64,000 nt of DNA from Eshraghiella crossota (GCA_963590075.1 CAVANK010000004.1:18670-82669), one strand, 5' to 3'. Shown: positions 9,712 through 20,144, counted from the first letter of the stretch. Numbers and translations are program-made. Notes: generated from the letters alone by a model not told the origin.

Positions 9712-10587
9712 ATGAGGATTGCATTGTGCGGAGCACTCGGAAAAATGGGTAGAGAAGTCTACGAATACTGCCAAAACATCGGCGACATAGAAGTTGTTTC
9801 GTTGGTGGACAAACGCTTTGACGACACCGATTTTCCAAAAGGCGTGCCACAAAATCAACGCTTTGGAGATACGAATTTACAAGAAAAAACACCTCAAAAA
9901 CAACGTCTTTTCGACAACGATTTTTGCACCGATACGGCGGATATAAACGCCTCTTGCAATGGCTCTTACGACGGTGTTGAAACGGTGAGTGATATCCACA
10001 ATGCGAAATGTGATTTTGATGCGATAATTGACTTTTCCGCACATAAAGCGACGATTTCGATACTTAAAGTGGCGATTGTGCGAAGATGCGCGGTCGTGCT
10101 TGCCACCACCGGACACAACGATGATGAGAAAAAGTATATAGAATACGCCTCTCGTTTTATACCTCTTTTTTACGCAAACAATATGTCACTCGGTATAGCT
10201 ACGATGGCAAAATGCGTGCGAGAAACGCTATCCGTTTTCAAAAACGCCGACGTTGAGATAATCGAAACTCACCATACGCAAAAGACCGACGTTCCGTCGG
10301 GCACCGCGCTTATGCTTGCCGATGCGGTCAAGCAAACGATAGGCGGACAAATCGTGGTGGGTAGGCACGAAAACGGCAAGAAAAAAGACGGTGATATAGG
10401 CGTGCACTCTCTTCGTATGGGAAGCGTTTTCGGAAGGCACGAAGTGCGTATAACGACGGGTGAGGAAACGTTGACTTTCACTCACGAAGCACTCTCTCGC
10501 AAGGTGTACGCAAAGGGCGCAATCGAGGCGGTGAAGTTCGTCGCAAAACAAGGCGCGGGACTATACGGAATAGACGATTTGTTATAA
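9712..10587 (+). CDS. dapB: 4-hydroxy-tetrahydrodipicolinate reductase with an extended insertion in the N-terminal domain
   Basis: MRIALCGALGKMGREV dinucleotide-binding start; IETHHTQKTDVPSGTA signature. No SD before ATG 9712. The track ORF begins at 9667. Confidence 0.8.
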   Translation: MRIALCGALGKMGREVYEYCQNIGDIEVVSLVDKRFDDTDFPKGVPQNQRFGDTNLQEKTPQKQRLFDNDFCTDTADINASCNGSYDGVETVSDIHNAKCDFDAIIDFSAHKATISILKVAIVRRCAVVLATTGHNDDEKKYIEYASRFIPLFYANNMSLGIATMAKCVRETLSVFKNADVEIIETHHTQKTDVPSGTALMLADAVKQTIGGQIVVGRHENGKKKDGDIGVHSLRMGSVFGRHEVRITTGEETLTFTHEALSRKVYAKGAIEAVKFVAKQGAGLYGIDDLL

Positions 10588-10738
10588 ATTTTCTTGTCCA
10601 CTGCAAAATGTAGCGAGAAAAGTCGATTTCTATTTTTTGTGCCGATTACAATTCGGTGTTCCTTGCGTTTTTCAAATTGAATTTACGGTTTTTACATATT
10701 TATGAATGACGTTACCCACACTATTTGCGAGGTGAATT

Positions 10739-11185
10739 ATGAAAAAAGCGGTAAAAATAATAGGTCTTACAATTTTATTTTTCGCAATATTTAATGTCGT
10801 TTGTGATAAAGCGACAACGAAAAATCAACGCAACGTTTGCGAGGCGTTTAGCATTTTCGATATGGTGTCATCCCAAGTCGTGGACTTTTACGAGGAAGAA
10901 ATCGCGGGTGAAAAGGTGGTGTCGGACAAGAGCGCAAAGCAGATTGAAAATATCGCGCAAAAGTATTCGATATCCGACAAAAAGGCGCAAGGCGTGCTTA
11001 TCGTCTACGATTTTTGCAAGCGCACTGGCGGTGGTATGGATTTTCCGACGATTGCGAAAATGAGCGACGGCAAAATAGTTGCGCTCGTCAAGGCGCGTGC
11101 CAAGGTGTATGAGCAATCCATATCCGATGAAAAGAAAGCCGGCCTAAAACGCAAATCCAAAGAAATCTTTGGAATAAGCATTTGA
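10739..11185 (+). CDS. secreted or membrane-anchored hypothetical protein
   Basis: 148 aa, GAGGTG RBS, N-terminal hydrophobic signal-like segment (IIGLTILFFAIFNVVC). Confidence 0.5.
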   Translation: MKKAVKIIGLTILFFAIFNVVCDKATTKNQRNVCEAFSIFDMVSSQVVDFYEEEIAGEKVVSDKSAKQIENIAQKYSISDKKAQGVLIVYDFCKRTGGGMDFPTIAKMSDGKIVALVKARAKVYEQSISDEKKAGLKRKSKEIFGISI

Positions 11186-11410
11186 TTTGCAAACTTTTTG
11201 ACGAAATCCGTTTGTAAAAACCGGGAAACGGTTTGGTAATTGCAAGAATCTGAAAGGGCGTGTAAAGTGCAAAAATGGCTAAAAAATCAAAAACCGATCG
11301 ATAGCCTTTTGAAATCCGTTTGCAAGAGGCACAAAAGGCAAGTGAACAAGTCAAAATCTCTTGAAATATAGCATAGTAGATGATATACTGATTTTATTAG
11401 GAGGCGTAGT

Positions 11411-12232
11411 ATGGATTCTACACAAAAAGAGTTTTTGACCGCTAAGGCAAGACAACTGCGCAACGACGCGATAGAGACCATCGGCAGATTCGGTTCGGGT
11501 CATATCGGCGGTTCGATGTCGGTGATGGACGCGTTGACGGTCATTTATTATGCAAAGGCAAACGTCGATCCCAAAAACCCCAAAAAGCAAGATCGCGACA
11601 GGGTGATTATGTCCAAAGGGCACGCCGGCCCCGCGATGTACGCCGTGCTTGCGGACAAGGGATACTTCCCCAAGGAGTGGCTTGCCACCCTCAATCAAAA
11701 CGGAACGCGACTTCCTTCGCACTGCGATATGGTCAAAACCCCCGGCATCGATATGACGGCTGGCTCGCTCGGACAAGGCTTGTCTTGCGCGGTGGGTATG
11801 GCACTCGGTTGCAAAATGGACAAAACTCCTGCTACGATATATTGCTTTATCGGTGACGGAGAGAGCCAAGAGGGGCAAATCTGGGAAGCGACTATGTTTG
11901 CCGGTTCGCACAAACTCGACAATCTCATCGTGCTTCTCGATTACAACAAAATGCAACTTGACGGCGCGGTTGCGGACATCAACGACATTGCGCCCGTCGA
12001 GGATAAGTGGAAGTCATTCGGGTTCTTTGTGCAAAGCATTGACGGACACGATATAGAGGCAATATCCGACGCAATCGACAATGCAAAAGCCCAACACGAG
12101 AGACCGAGTATGATCGTTCTCAATACCGTTAAAGGCAAGGGCGCGTCCTTTGCGGAAAGCGTAAGCAATTGCCACAGTATGAGCATCAGTGAAGAGATGT
12201 GGAGAAAAGAGACGGGGAGGTGCGCACAATGA
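11411..12232 (+). CDS. transketolase, N-terminal (TPP-binding) subunit
   Basis: 273 aa, AGGAGG RBS, GHIGGSMS and GDGESQEGQIWEA motifs typical of split transketolases. Confidence 0.9.
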   Translation: MDSTQKEFLTAKARQLRNDAIETIGRFGSGHIGGSMSVMDALTVIYYAKANVDPKNPKKQDRDRVIMSKGHAGPAMYAVLADKGYFPKEWLATLNQNGTRLPSHCDMVKTPGIDMTAGSLGQGLSCAVGMALGCKMDKTPATIYCFIGDGESQEGQIWEATMFAGSHKLDNLIVLLDYNKMQLDGAVADINDIAPVEDKWKSFGFFVQSIDGHDIEAISDAIDNAKAQHERPSMIVLNTVKGKGASFAESVSNCHSMSISEEMWRKETGRCAQ

Positions 12233-13170
12233 CCGACGATAGAGAATTGAGACAGACTCTTGCCAACGCGCTCGTCGAAAAGGCAAAAACCGACGACCGC
12301 ATAGTGGTGCTCGAAGCCGACCTTATGAGTTGCCACGCAACCAAAGTTTTCAAAACGGCGTATCCCGAAAGATTCGTCAACGTTGGTATTGCGGAGCAAA
12401 ATATGATAGGCATAGCGGCGGGATTGTCCGCAACGGGCAAAATTCCGTTTGCATACAGTTTCGGTCCGTTTGCGACACGCAGATGCTACGACCAAATTTT
12501 CATTTCCGTTGCCTACGCACATCAAAACGTCAAAATCGTGGGTAGCGATCCGGGCGTTACGGCGGAGTATAACGGCGGTACGCATATGCCGTTTGAAGAT
12601 ATGGCGCTTATGCGTGCGATTCCCGATATGGTATGCTTTGAACCCACCGACGCAACTATGCTCGAAAAAGCCGTGGGACAAATAATCGATCACGAAGGCG
12701 CGGTGTATATCCGTATGCAACGCAAGAAACCCGAAAAGGTGTTTGACCACACTCTCGACTTCAAGCTCGGCAAGGCAATCAGAATAAGAGAAGGCAAAGA
12801 CGTTACGCTTATTGCAAGCGGTATCGAGGTTGCAAGAGCAATCGAGGCGGCGGAAATTCTTGCACAAGAGGGAATCGATGCAAGAGTGGTGAATATCCAC
12901 ACTTGGAAGCCTATCGACAAAGACGAAATCGTTGCTTGCGCAAAAGATACGGGCGCAATCGTGACTTGTGAAAATCACAACGTCATCAACGGTCTCGGTA
13001 GCGCGGTTGCGGAAGTGCTCGTGCAAAATCACCCCGTGCCTATGAGAATGGTGGGCGTCAAAGACGAGTTCGGACAAGTAGGCAAAAACGCATATTTGAG
13101 CGAAGTGTATCACCTCACGGCGCAGGACATCGTCGAAAACGCAAAAGCTGTTATCGCCCAAAAGCACTGA
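12229..13170 (+). CDS. transketolase, C-terminal (pyrimidine-binding) subunit
   Basis: ATGA overlap with the N-terminal subunit, GGGGAGG RBS, motifs GIAEQNMIGIAAGL and FEPTD. Confidence 0.9.
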   Translation: MTDDRELRQTLANALVEKAKTDDRIVVLEADLMSCHATKVFKTAYPERFVNVGIAEQNMIGIAAGLSATGKIPFAYSFGPFATRRCYDQIFISVAYAHQNVKIVGSDPGVTAEYNGGTHMPFEDMALMRAIPDMVCFEPTDATMLEKAVGQIIDHEGAVYIRMQRKKPEKVFDHTLDFKLGKAIRIREGKDVTLIASGIEVARAIEAAEILAQEGIDARVVNIHTWKPIDKDEIVACAKDTGAIVTCENHNVINGLGSAVAEVLVQNHPVPMRMVGVKDEFGQVGKNAYLSEVYHLTAQDIVENAKAVIAQKH

Positions 13171-13191
13171 ACGACAATCGACGTCGCAAAT

Positions 13192-13226
13192 AAAAAGCAC
13201 CGCAACGGACAAGTTGCGGTGCTTCG
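13192..13226. terminator. hairpin terminator shared by convergent genes (T-tail on the minus strand)
   Basis: AGCACCGCAAC-GGACAA-GTTGCGGTGCT with an A-run on the plus-strand 5' side. Confidence 0.7.
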
Positions 13227-13249
13227 TCTATATAGCGGCATTGTCTGTA

Positions 13250-14464
13250 CTACTGTACGGACGCGCTAAGCAAACTGATAAAACCGTCCCAAGTAAGGTC
13301 TTTGCAGCTTTTTTCCGAGAGCGCGCTTCTTTGAGCGGTTCTTATAAATCTAAATGTGGCGGAGCCTTTCAGAGTTAACCTCTGATTGCTTATGTCGTCG
13401 GGATCGACGGGCAATGTTTGCATAATCAAACTCGGTACCAAGTAATCCGCTTGAAGAAATTCGCAATCTTCGGAAACGGGCTGTGTGTCGCCAAGCCACG
13501 CGGGGTGCAACGTGCCTTGCCAAAACGTTTTGGTTAAAGAGGAGAACGGAAGATACATTATGGTTGCAGGCGCATCAATATCTATGTCCGCTCTTGCGTC
13601 GACCAAATATCCAGCGTTTATAGTGGCGTAAAAGTCGAGTTGATTGATGCCGTATAAAAACGGTTGTAGTTCTTCTGCCAAGGAGGCAAGTATTCCGTTG
13701 AATATTTGTGTTATAAAAGTATATAAGTTTCGTCCGTTTGCTTCGATTTTGATATATTTCAATTGGTCTTTTTGCGTGGTGCTTACTTTTATTGCATCGC
13801 AAGATATCAAACTGCCGATAATAGATTTTGCGTACTCGGTCGGATCCAAGGTGATTGTCGAGGAATCGCCGTCAGACTTTTCTTTGGACTTGTCGTAATC
13901 CTGTTTCATTTTGGCGGTTTGTTCGGAGGTAAGACCATATACGTTAAGATAATAGTCTGCGGTAAATTGTTCTACGTTTATATTATATTTGCCGGTTTTG
14001 TTGCCGACCGTATACGATATGCGGAGTCCGGCGCCGTCAAATTCCACTCTAAGGGAGTTATCGCCGATTTTGCCGTTAAAAATCATGTTATGGTACCCTG
14101 TGTCATCGTAACTCGTAGAGAACGTCATGGCGACGTTTTGTTCTTCGCTTTCGGATTGCACCGTGGCGTCCTCGTTTTGATATACATTTGCTTTTGCGTT
14201 GAAAGTGAAAAGCAAGTGCGATTTAGCATCTATCGGATTGAGAGCGGAGTTTTCAAAAGCGGTCAAAACTTCGTCATCGGAAAGAGCGGTAAACTCCATA
14301 TTCGAATAATCCACGTTGGTACGCAAAATGTAATCGTTGACGGTGGGTGTTGAAGGCGTATCCGAGGAATTGTCCGAGTTGTCATTATCACCGCAAGCGG
14401 TGAAAACACAAACCGATAAAACGAGGATTGCAACAAGAGAAAAAATTAAAAACCGTTTTTTCAT
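13250..14464 (-). CDS. lipoprotein, function unknown
   Basis: Start chosen at MKKRFLIFSLVAILVLSVCVFTAC (signal peptide plus lipobox Cys). The track ORF extends to 14542. Confidence 0.6.
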   Translation of the reverse strand: MKKRFLIFSLVAILVLSVCVFTACGDNDNSDNSSDTPSTPTVNDYILRTNVDYSNMEFTALSDDEVLTAFENSALNPIDAKSHLLFTFNAKANVYQNEDATVQSESEEQNVAMTFSTSYDDTGYHNMIFNGKIGDNSLRVEFDGAGLRISYTVGNKTGKYNINVEQFTADYYLNVYGLTSEQTAKMKQDYDKSKEKSDGDSSTITLDPTEYAKSIIGSLISCDAIKVSTTQKDQLKYIKIEANGRNLYTFITQIFNGILASLAEELQPFLYGINQLDFYATINAGYLVDARADIDIDAPATIMYLPFSSLTKTFWQGTLHPAWLGDTQPVSEDCEFLQADYLVPSLIMQTLPVDPDDISNQRLTLKGSATFRFIRTAQRSALSEKSCKDLTWDGFISLLSASVQ

Positions 14465-14698
14465 AAAGTTCCCCCAATATTTTAATATAATATTATCATA
14501 CCATTTGTATGTAAAAATGTCAATATCGGATACGCCGAGCAATTATGGTAGGGGTATAGGATAAATTCATATGGTAGACATAGTTGCAATAATCAAACCG
14601 TTATTTGGTTGTGCAACTACAACTTGTGCAAACGCAAACAAACAAAAACGACGGTTAAACCGCCGTTTTGTCATATATAAAATGCTTGTTATGCAAAA

Positions 14699-16777
14699 TC
14701 AATGCACGGAGAACAAGATGTCACCGTAAGAGGGATAAGGCCAATAAGCCTTTGCAGTGCCGAGTTCCATCTCGTCGCAAATCTTGCGGAGAGACGCCAT
14801 TGCGACGAGCACTTCGTCGTGATAGCAACGCGCGCCGACGATGTTTTCTCCGAGAGAGTGCGCTTTGTCGAGAGAGGATTTGAGGTTCTTGACTGCGGTC
14901 GTTGCCTTTTTGAGTTCGGTGGCAAGATTGATTACGATTGCCTTTTCCTCGTCCGCTTCCACACCAAGCGCAATGCTTTCGTTGGCGGATTTTGCAACGT
15001 CGCCTTTGTATCTGATGACGGCGGGGATAATGTCCATCGTTGCCATATCCAGCATTGTCATTGCTTCGATATTGAGAAGTTTGCAATAGTTTTGCGTGTA
15101 GATTTCTTGTCTGGATTTGAGTTCCGCTTCGCTGAAAACGTGTAGACGTTTGAAGAGATCCACGTTCTTTTGTGAGGTGAGCAATGGCAGTGCGTCAACG
15201 GTTGAGGCAAGGTTGAGAAGTCCGCGTCTTTGCGCTTCTTTCGTCCACTCGTCCGAATAGTTGTTGCCGTTGAAAATAATTTTGCCGTGCTCGTTCATAA
15301 CGCGTTTGATGATCGCGGTTATGCCGGCGTTGACGTCGGACGCTTTTTCGAGTTCGTCGGCAAACTGTTCGAATTGCTCCGCCATAATGGTGTTGAGTGC
15401 CAAGTTGACGCTTGCAATGGATTGCGACGAGCCGGGCATACGGAATTCAAACTTATTGCCCGTAAACGCAAACGGGGAAGTACGGTTGCGGTCGGCGGTG
15501 TCCATGGAGAATTTCGGGAGAACGTGTACGCCGATTTCCACTTCGCATTTTGCACGACGAGAATAGGTGCGACCGTCCGCGATTGCTTGCATAATGCCCG
15601 TAAGTTCGTCGCCGAGGAACATACTCACGATTGCGGGCGGTGCTTCGTTTGCGCCGAGACGGTGATCGTTTGAGGCGTTTGCCACGACTATGCGCAGAAG
15701 GTCTTGATGAGAGTCCACGCCCGCGATTACCGCAGCAAGCATAAGCAAGAATTGCGCGTTGTCTTGCGGGCTTTTGCCGGGATCGAAAAGATTTGTTCCG
15801 TTGTCGGTTGAGAGCGACCAGTTGTTGTGCTTACCGCTTCCGTTTACGCCGTCGAAAGGCTTTTCGTGCAGGAGGCAAGTCATATTGTGCTTGGACGCGA
15901 CTTTTTTCATAATCTCCATCGTCAATTGGTTTTGGTCGGTTGCGACGTTGACGGTGGTGAAGATAGGCGCAAATTCGTGTTGCGCGGGAGCAACTTCGTT
16001 GTGTTTTGTTTTGGCAAGAATACCGAGTTTCCAAAGTTCCTCGTCAAGTTCTTTCATATATTTGACTACTCTCGGCTTGATTGCGCCGAAATAGTGGTCT
16101 GAAAGTTCTTGTCCTTTGGGCGGGCGTGCGCCAAAGAGCGTGCGCCCCGTGTAGAAGAGGTCTTTTCGCTTTTCGTACACGGCAGTGTCGATAAGGAAGT
16201 ATTCTTGTTCCGGACCTACGTTGACGTTGATTCTCTCCGCTTTTTTGCCGAGAATGGAGAGAAGACGCAAGCCTTGCTTGTTGATTGCTTCCATAGAGCG
16301 CAAGAGCGGAGTTTTCTTGTCGAGAGCGTCGCCGTTGTAGGAGCAGAACGCCGTCGGAATGCACAAAATGCCGTCCTTAATAAAAGCATATGAGGTAGGA
16401 TCCCAAGCGGTGTATCCGCGCGCTTCGAAAGTGGAGCGCAAACCACCCGAGGGGAAACTCGACGCGTCGGGCTCGCCTTTGATGAGTTCCTTTCCGCTCA
16501 ACTCCATTATTACCCCGCCGTCTTTGGTGGGTGCGATGAAAGAGTCGTGCTTTTCGGCGGTGATGCCTGTGAGCGGTTGAAACCAGTGAGTGAAGTGGGT
16601 GACGCCTTTTTCGACTGCCCACTCTTTCATCTCGTTTGCGATTATGTTTGCCATATCGCGCGAAAGAGGCAAGTCAAGCGCGCAACATCTTTTGAGTTCG
16701 CGATAAGTTTCTTTGGGCAAACGCTTGCTCATCACCTTATCGTCGAAGACCATACTGCCGTACAAATCCGACATCAT
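14699..16777 (-). CDS. glnN: glutamine synthetase, type III
   Basis: 692 aa, the size and sequence pattern of GSIII (long N-terminal extension, KPFDGVNGSGKHNNWS motif). TTGACA-16-TATAAT promoter upstream on the minus strand. Confidence 0.9.
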   Translation of the reverse strand: MMSDLYGSMVFDDKVMSKRLPKETYRELKRCCALDLPLSRDMANIIANEMKEWAVEKGVTHFTHWFQPLTGITAEKHDSFIAPTKDGGVIMELSGKELIKGEPDASSFPSGGLRSTFEARGYTAWDPTSYAFIKDGILCIPTAFCSYNGDALDKKTPLLRSMEAINKQGLRLLSILGKKAERINVNVGPEQEYFLIDTAVYEKRKDLFYTGRTLFGARPPKGQELSDHYFGAIKPRVVKYMKELDEELWKLGILAKTKHNEVAPAQHEFAPIFTTVNVATDQNQLTMEIMKKVASKHNMTCLLHEKPFDGVNGSGKHNNWSLSTDNGTNLFDPGKSPQDNAQFLLMLAAVIAGVDSHQDLLRIVVANASNDHRLGANEAPPAIVSMFLGDELTGIMQAIADGRTYSRRAKCEVEIGVHVLPKFSMDTADRNRTSPFAFTGNKFEFRMPGSSQSIASVNLALNTIMAEQFEQFADELEKASDVNAGITAIIKRVMNEHGKIIFNGNNYSDEWTKEAQRRGLLNLASTVDALPLLTSQKNVDLFKRLHVFSEAELKSRQEIYTQNYCKLLNIEAMTMLDMATMDIIPAVIRYKGDVAKSANESIALGVEADEEKAIVINLATELKKATTAVKNLKSSLDKAHSLGENIVGARCYHDEVLVAMASLRKICDEMELGTAKAYWPYPSYGDILFSVH

Positions 16778-17167
16778 ATCAGTATTCTCCGAAAAATTTA
16801 TTATAGTGCCTATTATAATCTCATTTTATTCAATGTCAAAAGATTTTCGTTAAAAAAATTTTCTATAAACAAAATGAATATTTATACGATAAAAATGCGG
16901 GTTTTATACAGTCGTATTGCATAAATATAACAAGGTGTGCAACAATTATAAGCGAAAGTTAAAAATTATACTTTTGTGATTTTCGCCCGAGAGGGCGGTT
17001 TCGGTAGCCAATCCGACAAAATTGCGTGCCTATAAATCGTTGACATATTTGCATAAGAATGGTATATTATTTATATAAATAAACACAAGACATAGGAGTG
17101 TTCACAATTTTTTTTTAACCTATCGGTTAAAATAAATTTGGACACTTTTTTGTTTTTCGAGGTTTGT

Positions 17168-18598
17168 ATGGACGAATACGTCTCTCCGCTCTGCCAAAGA
17201 TATGCGAGCAAGCAAATGAAATATATTTTCTCACCCGACTTCAAGTTCGGCACTTGGCGCAAACTTTGGATTGCCCTTGCCGAAAGCGAAAAGGAACTCG
17301 GCATAGACATCACCGACGAGCAGATTGAGGAAATGAAGAAAAACGCCGATAACATCGACTACGATTTTGCATCTCAAAAAGAGAGGGAAGTGCGACACGA
17401 CGTTATGGCACACGTGCTCACTTTCGGCGAGGCTTGCCCCAAGGCAAAACCCATTATTCACCTCGGCGCGACGAGTTGTTTCGTCGGAGACAACACCGAC
17501 ATTATCCAAATGCGCGAAGCAATGTTGCTCGTGAGGGCGGAACTGCTTTCTTGCATACAAAAGACGAGAGATTTTGCCGTCAAATATAAAGACCTTGCCA
17601 CGCTTGCGTACACGCACTTTCAAGCGGCGCAACCCACCACCGTGGGCAAGAGAGCGACGCTTTGGCTTCAAGACCTTGTGAGCGACCTCGACAATCTCGA
17701 TTTTCAAATTTCAAGACTTCGCCTGCTCGGTTGCAAAGGCACGACGGGTACGGCGGCAAGTTTTATGGAACTTTTCGGCGGAGACCACGAAAAAGTCAAG
17801 GCACTCGACGAGGCAATTGCAAAAAAGACGGGCTTCGTCGGCACGTACGCGGTGAGCGGTCAGACCTACTCCCGCAAAGTGGATTATAACGTGGTGAGCG
17901 TGCTTTGCTCCATTGCGCAATCCGCAACCAAATTCTCAAACGATATAAGACTTTTGTCCCACCTCAAAGAAGTGGAAGAGCCTTTCGAGTCGCACCAAAT
18001 CGGCTCGTCCGCAATGGCGTACAAGCGCAATCCTATGCGTAGCGAGCGTATGGCTTCGCTTGCAAGATACGTTATGTGCGACAGCCTCAATCCCGCAATC
18101 ACAGCGTCGGCGCAATGGCTGGAGCGTACGCTTGACGACAGTGCCAACAGACGCATCGCATTGCCCGAGGCATTTCTGGCGGTAGACGCAATATTGGCAC
18201 TTTATGCCAACATAATCGGTGGTTTAACCGTCTATCCGCGTATTATCGAGAAAAATCTCAATCAAGAATTGCCCTTTATGGCAACCGAAAATATCCTTAT
18301 GTATTGCGTCTCCCACAAGGGCAAAGACAGACAAGTTTTGCACGAGAGAATACGCATTCATTCCGTAGAGGCGTCGCGCCTCGTAAAGACGGAAGGCAAG
18401 GAAAACGATTTGCTTGAGCGCATACTGAACGATAAGTCGTTTGATTTGAGCAGGGAAGAACTTGACGAGATTATGGACGTCAACGCGTTTACGGGCAGAG
18501 CAAAAGAGCAAGTGACGGAGTATATAAGCGAAATCGTCGATCCGCTCCTCAAAGCCAACGAGGGCAAAATCGGCACTACCGCAAACGTTACGGTTTAA
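17168..18598 (+). CDS. purB: adenylosuccinate lyase
   Basis: Start at MDEYVSPLCQRYAS. Fumarate-lyase signature GSSAMAYKRNP. TTGACA-17-TATATT promoter at ~17041-17069. Confidence 0.93.
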   Translation: MDEYVSPLCQRYASKQMKYIFSPDFKFGTWRKLWIALAESEKELGIDITDEQIEEMKKNADNIDYDFASQKEREVRHDVMAHVLTFGEACPKAKPIIHLGATSCFVGDNTDIIQMREAMLLVRAELLSCIQKTRDFAVKYKDLATLAYTHFQAAQPTTVGKRATLWLQDLVSDLDNLDFQISRLRLLGCKGTTGTAASFMELFGGDHEKVKALDEAIAKKTGFVGTYAVSGQTYSRKVDYNVVSVLCSIAQSATKFSNDIRLLSHLKEVEEPFESHQIGSSAMAYKRNPMRSERMASLARYVMCDSLNPAITASAQWLERTLDDSANRRIALPEAFLAVDAILALYANIIGGLTVYPRIIEKNLNQELPFMATENILMYCVSHKGKDRQVLHERIRIHSVEASRLVKTEGKENDLLERILNDKSFDLSREELDEIMDVNAFTGRAKEQVTEYISEIVDPLLKANEGKIGTTANVTV

Positions 18599-18627
18599 TA
18601 GATATTAAATTTTTTAGAGGTATAAAT

Positions 18628-19899
18628 ATGCTTACTTCAATCGTAGGTATCAACTGGGGCGACGAAGGCAAAGGACGCATGGTCGATTTGCTTTCCGAGT
18701 CGCAAGACGTCGTCGTGCGCTATCAAGGCGGAAACAATGCGGGACACACCGTCATCAACGACAAGGGCAAGTTTGTGCTCAACCTTTTGCCGAGCGCGAT
18801 TTTGCGTGAAGACAAGGTCAACGTTATGGGCAACGGTATGGTCGTGGATATCGAGCATCTTTGCAAAGAGATTGCAAGATTGAGAGAGGGCGGTATTTCC
18901 ATAACTCCCGCAAATCTCAAAATCAGCGACAAAGCCGTCGTTTGTTGTCCGTACAACGTGGCGCAAGACTGTCTTGAAGAAGACCGCTTGGGTGATAAGA
19001 AATTCGGTTCGACTCGTCGCGGAATAAGCCCGATCTACGCGGACAAGTATATGAAAAAGGCTATCCGTATGGGCGATATTTTGCATCCCGAGTATTTGCG
19101 CTCGCGCCTCGAAACCATCGTCGAGTGGAAAAATCTCACCATCGAGGGCGCATATCACGGCGCGCCGTACACGGTGGAAGGTATGCTCGAATGGTTCGAT
19201 AAATACGGCACTCCGCTCAAAGATTATATCTGCGATACGGGTTACTACCTCAACAACGCGCTCAAAGAGGGCAAAAACGTTATGCTCGAAGCGCAACTCG
19301 GCGCACTTCGCGACATCGATTTCGGTATCTATCCCTACACGACGTCCTCGTCTACGATTACGGCGTACGGTCCGGTAGGCGCGGGTATCCCCAACCGCAA
19401 AGTAGACAACGCAATCGGCGTTATGAAAGCGTATTCCACTTGCGTGGGTGAAGGCCCGTTCACGGCTGAAATGTTTGGTGAAGAAGCGGAAAAATTGCGC
19501 AAAGCGGGCGGTGAATACGGCGCGGCAACAGGTCGTCCTCGCAGAGTGGGCGGATTTGACGTGGTTGCTTCCAAGTACGGTTGTATGGTGCAAGGCACGG
19601 ATGAAATCGCGCTTACCAAACTCGATATTCTCGACACGATGGACAAAATCCCCGTATGCGTAAGTTACGACGTCAACGGCAAGACGGTGGACGAGTTCCC
19701 GAGCGGTGAAGCACTCAATATCGCAAAACCCAACGTGATTTATCTTGACGGCTGGATGCAATCCACCGCAAACTGCCGTAGCTACGACGAGCTTCCGCTC
19801 AACGCACGCAAGTACATCGAGTATCTCGAAAAAGCGGTTGAGTGCAAGATCAAATACGTCTCCGTCGGTGCGGAACGCGATGCGATTATCGTAAGATAA
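18628..19899 (+). CDS. purA: adenylosuccinate synthetase
   Basis: GDEGKGR P-loop, GGNNAGHT, GSTRRGISP motifs; 423 aa. Confidence 0.95.
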   Translation: MLTSIVGINWGDEGKGRMVDLLSESQDVVVRYQGGNNAGHTVINDKGKFVLNLLPSAILREDKVNVMGNGMVVDIEHLCKEIARLREGGISITPANLKISDKAVVCCPYNVAQDCLEEDRLGDKKFGSTRRGISPIYADKYMKKAIRMGDILHPEYLRSRLETIVEWKNLTIEGAYHGAPYTVEGMLEWFDKYGTPLKDYICDTGYYLNNALKEGKNVMLEAQLGALRDIDFGIYPYTTSSSTITAYGPVGAGIPNRKVDNAIGVMKAYSTCVGEGPFTAEMFGEEAEKLRKAGGEYGAATGRPRRVGGFDVVASKYGCMVQGTDEIALTKLDILDTMDKIPVCVSYDVNGKTVDEFPSGEALNIAKPNVIYLDGWMQSTANCRSYDELPLNARKYIEYLEKAVECKIKYVSVGAERDAIIVR

Positions 19900-19958
19900 A
19901 CGAAAAACAATTGCGAAAAAGCCACAAAAATGACATAATTTTTGTTGAAAAAATGCAA

Positions 19959-20085
19959 AAAAATACACGTTTTTCACGCCAAAAATACACGTTTTTACAG
20001 CAAATGCCTATGCGGTTTTACAGCAAATGCCCATGCGGTTTTACAGTAAAGCACACACTGTTTTACGGTAAAAGCGCACGAGTCT
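19959..20085 (+). repeat. degenerate 22-23-bp periodic repeat (TTTT(T)AC(A/G)G units) between purA and its terminator
   Basis: AAAAATACACGTTTTT x2. TTTTACAGCAAATGCC(T/C)ATGCGG x2, then TTTTACAGTAAAGC and TTTTACGGTAAAAGC. Unit starts at 19971, 19993, 20016, 20039 and 20061. Confidence 0.7.
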
Positions 20086-20113
20086 TTATAGCAAAATCAC
20101 AAGAAAAAGCATG

Positions 20114-20144
20114 AAAAAGACACGCACTGTTGCGTGTCTTTTTG
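20114..20144 (+). terminator. rho-independent terminator
   Basis: AAAGACACGCA-CTGT-TGCGTGTCTTT followed by TT. Confidence 0.8.

Noticed and set aside
16778-17167. Purine riboswitch or T-box upstream of purB; glutamine or GlnR/TnrA element upstream of glnN; THF riboswitch upstream of fhs; T-box upstream of alaS
   Set aside because: I read these leaders on both strands and found promoters. I did not find the conserved cores (purine three-way junction, T-box specifier/T-box sequence, TGTNA-N7-TNACA). Absence by eye is not proof, and an Rfam scan should confirm it.
18637-19977. Long antisense ORFs opposite well-supported genes: 446 aa opposite purA, 423 aa at 11941-13212 opposite transketolase, 449 aa at 43118-44467, 369 aa at 41499-42608, 386 aa at 61187-62347, 325 aa at 49727-50704
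   Set aside because: Each lies fully within a confidently identified gene on the other strand. Each has no RBS and a Arg/Val/His/Phe-rich composition typical of antisense frames.
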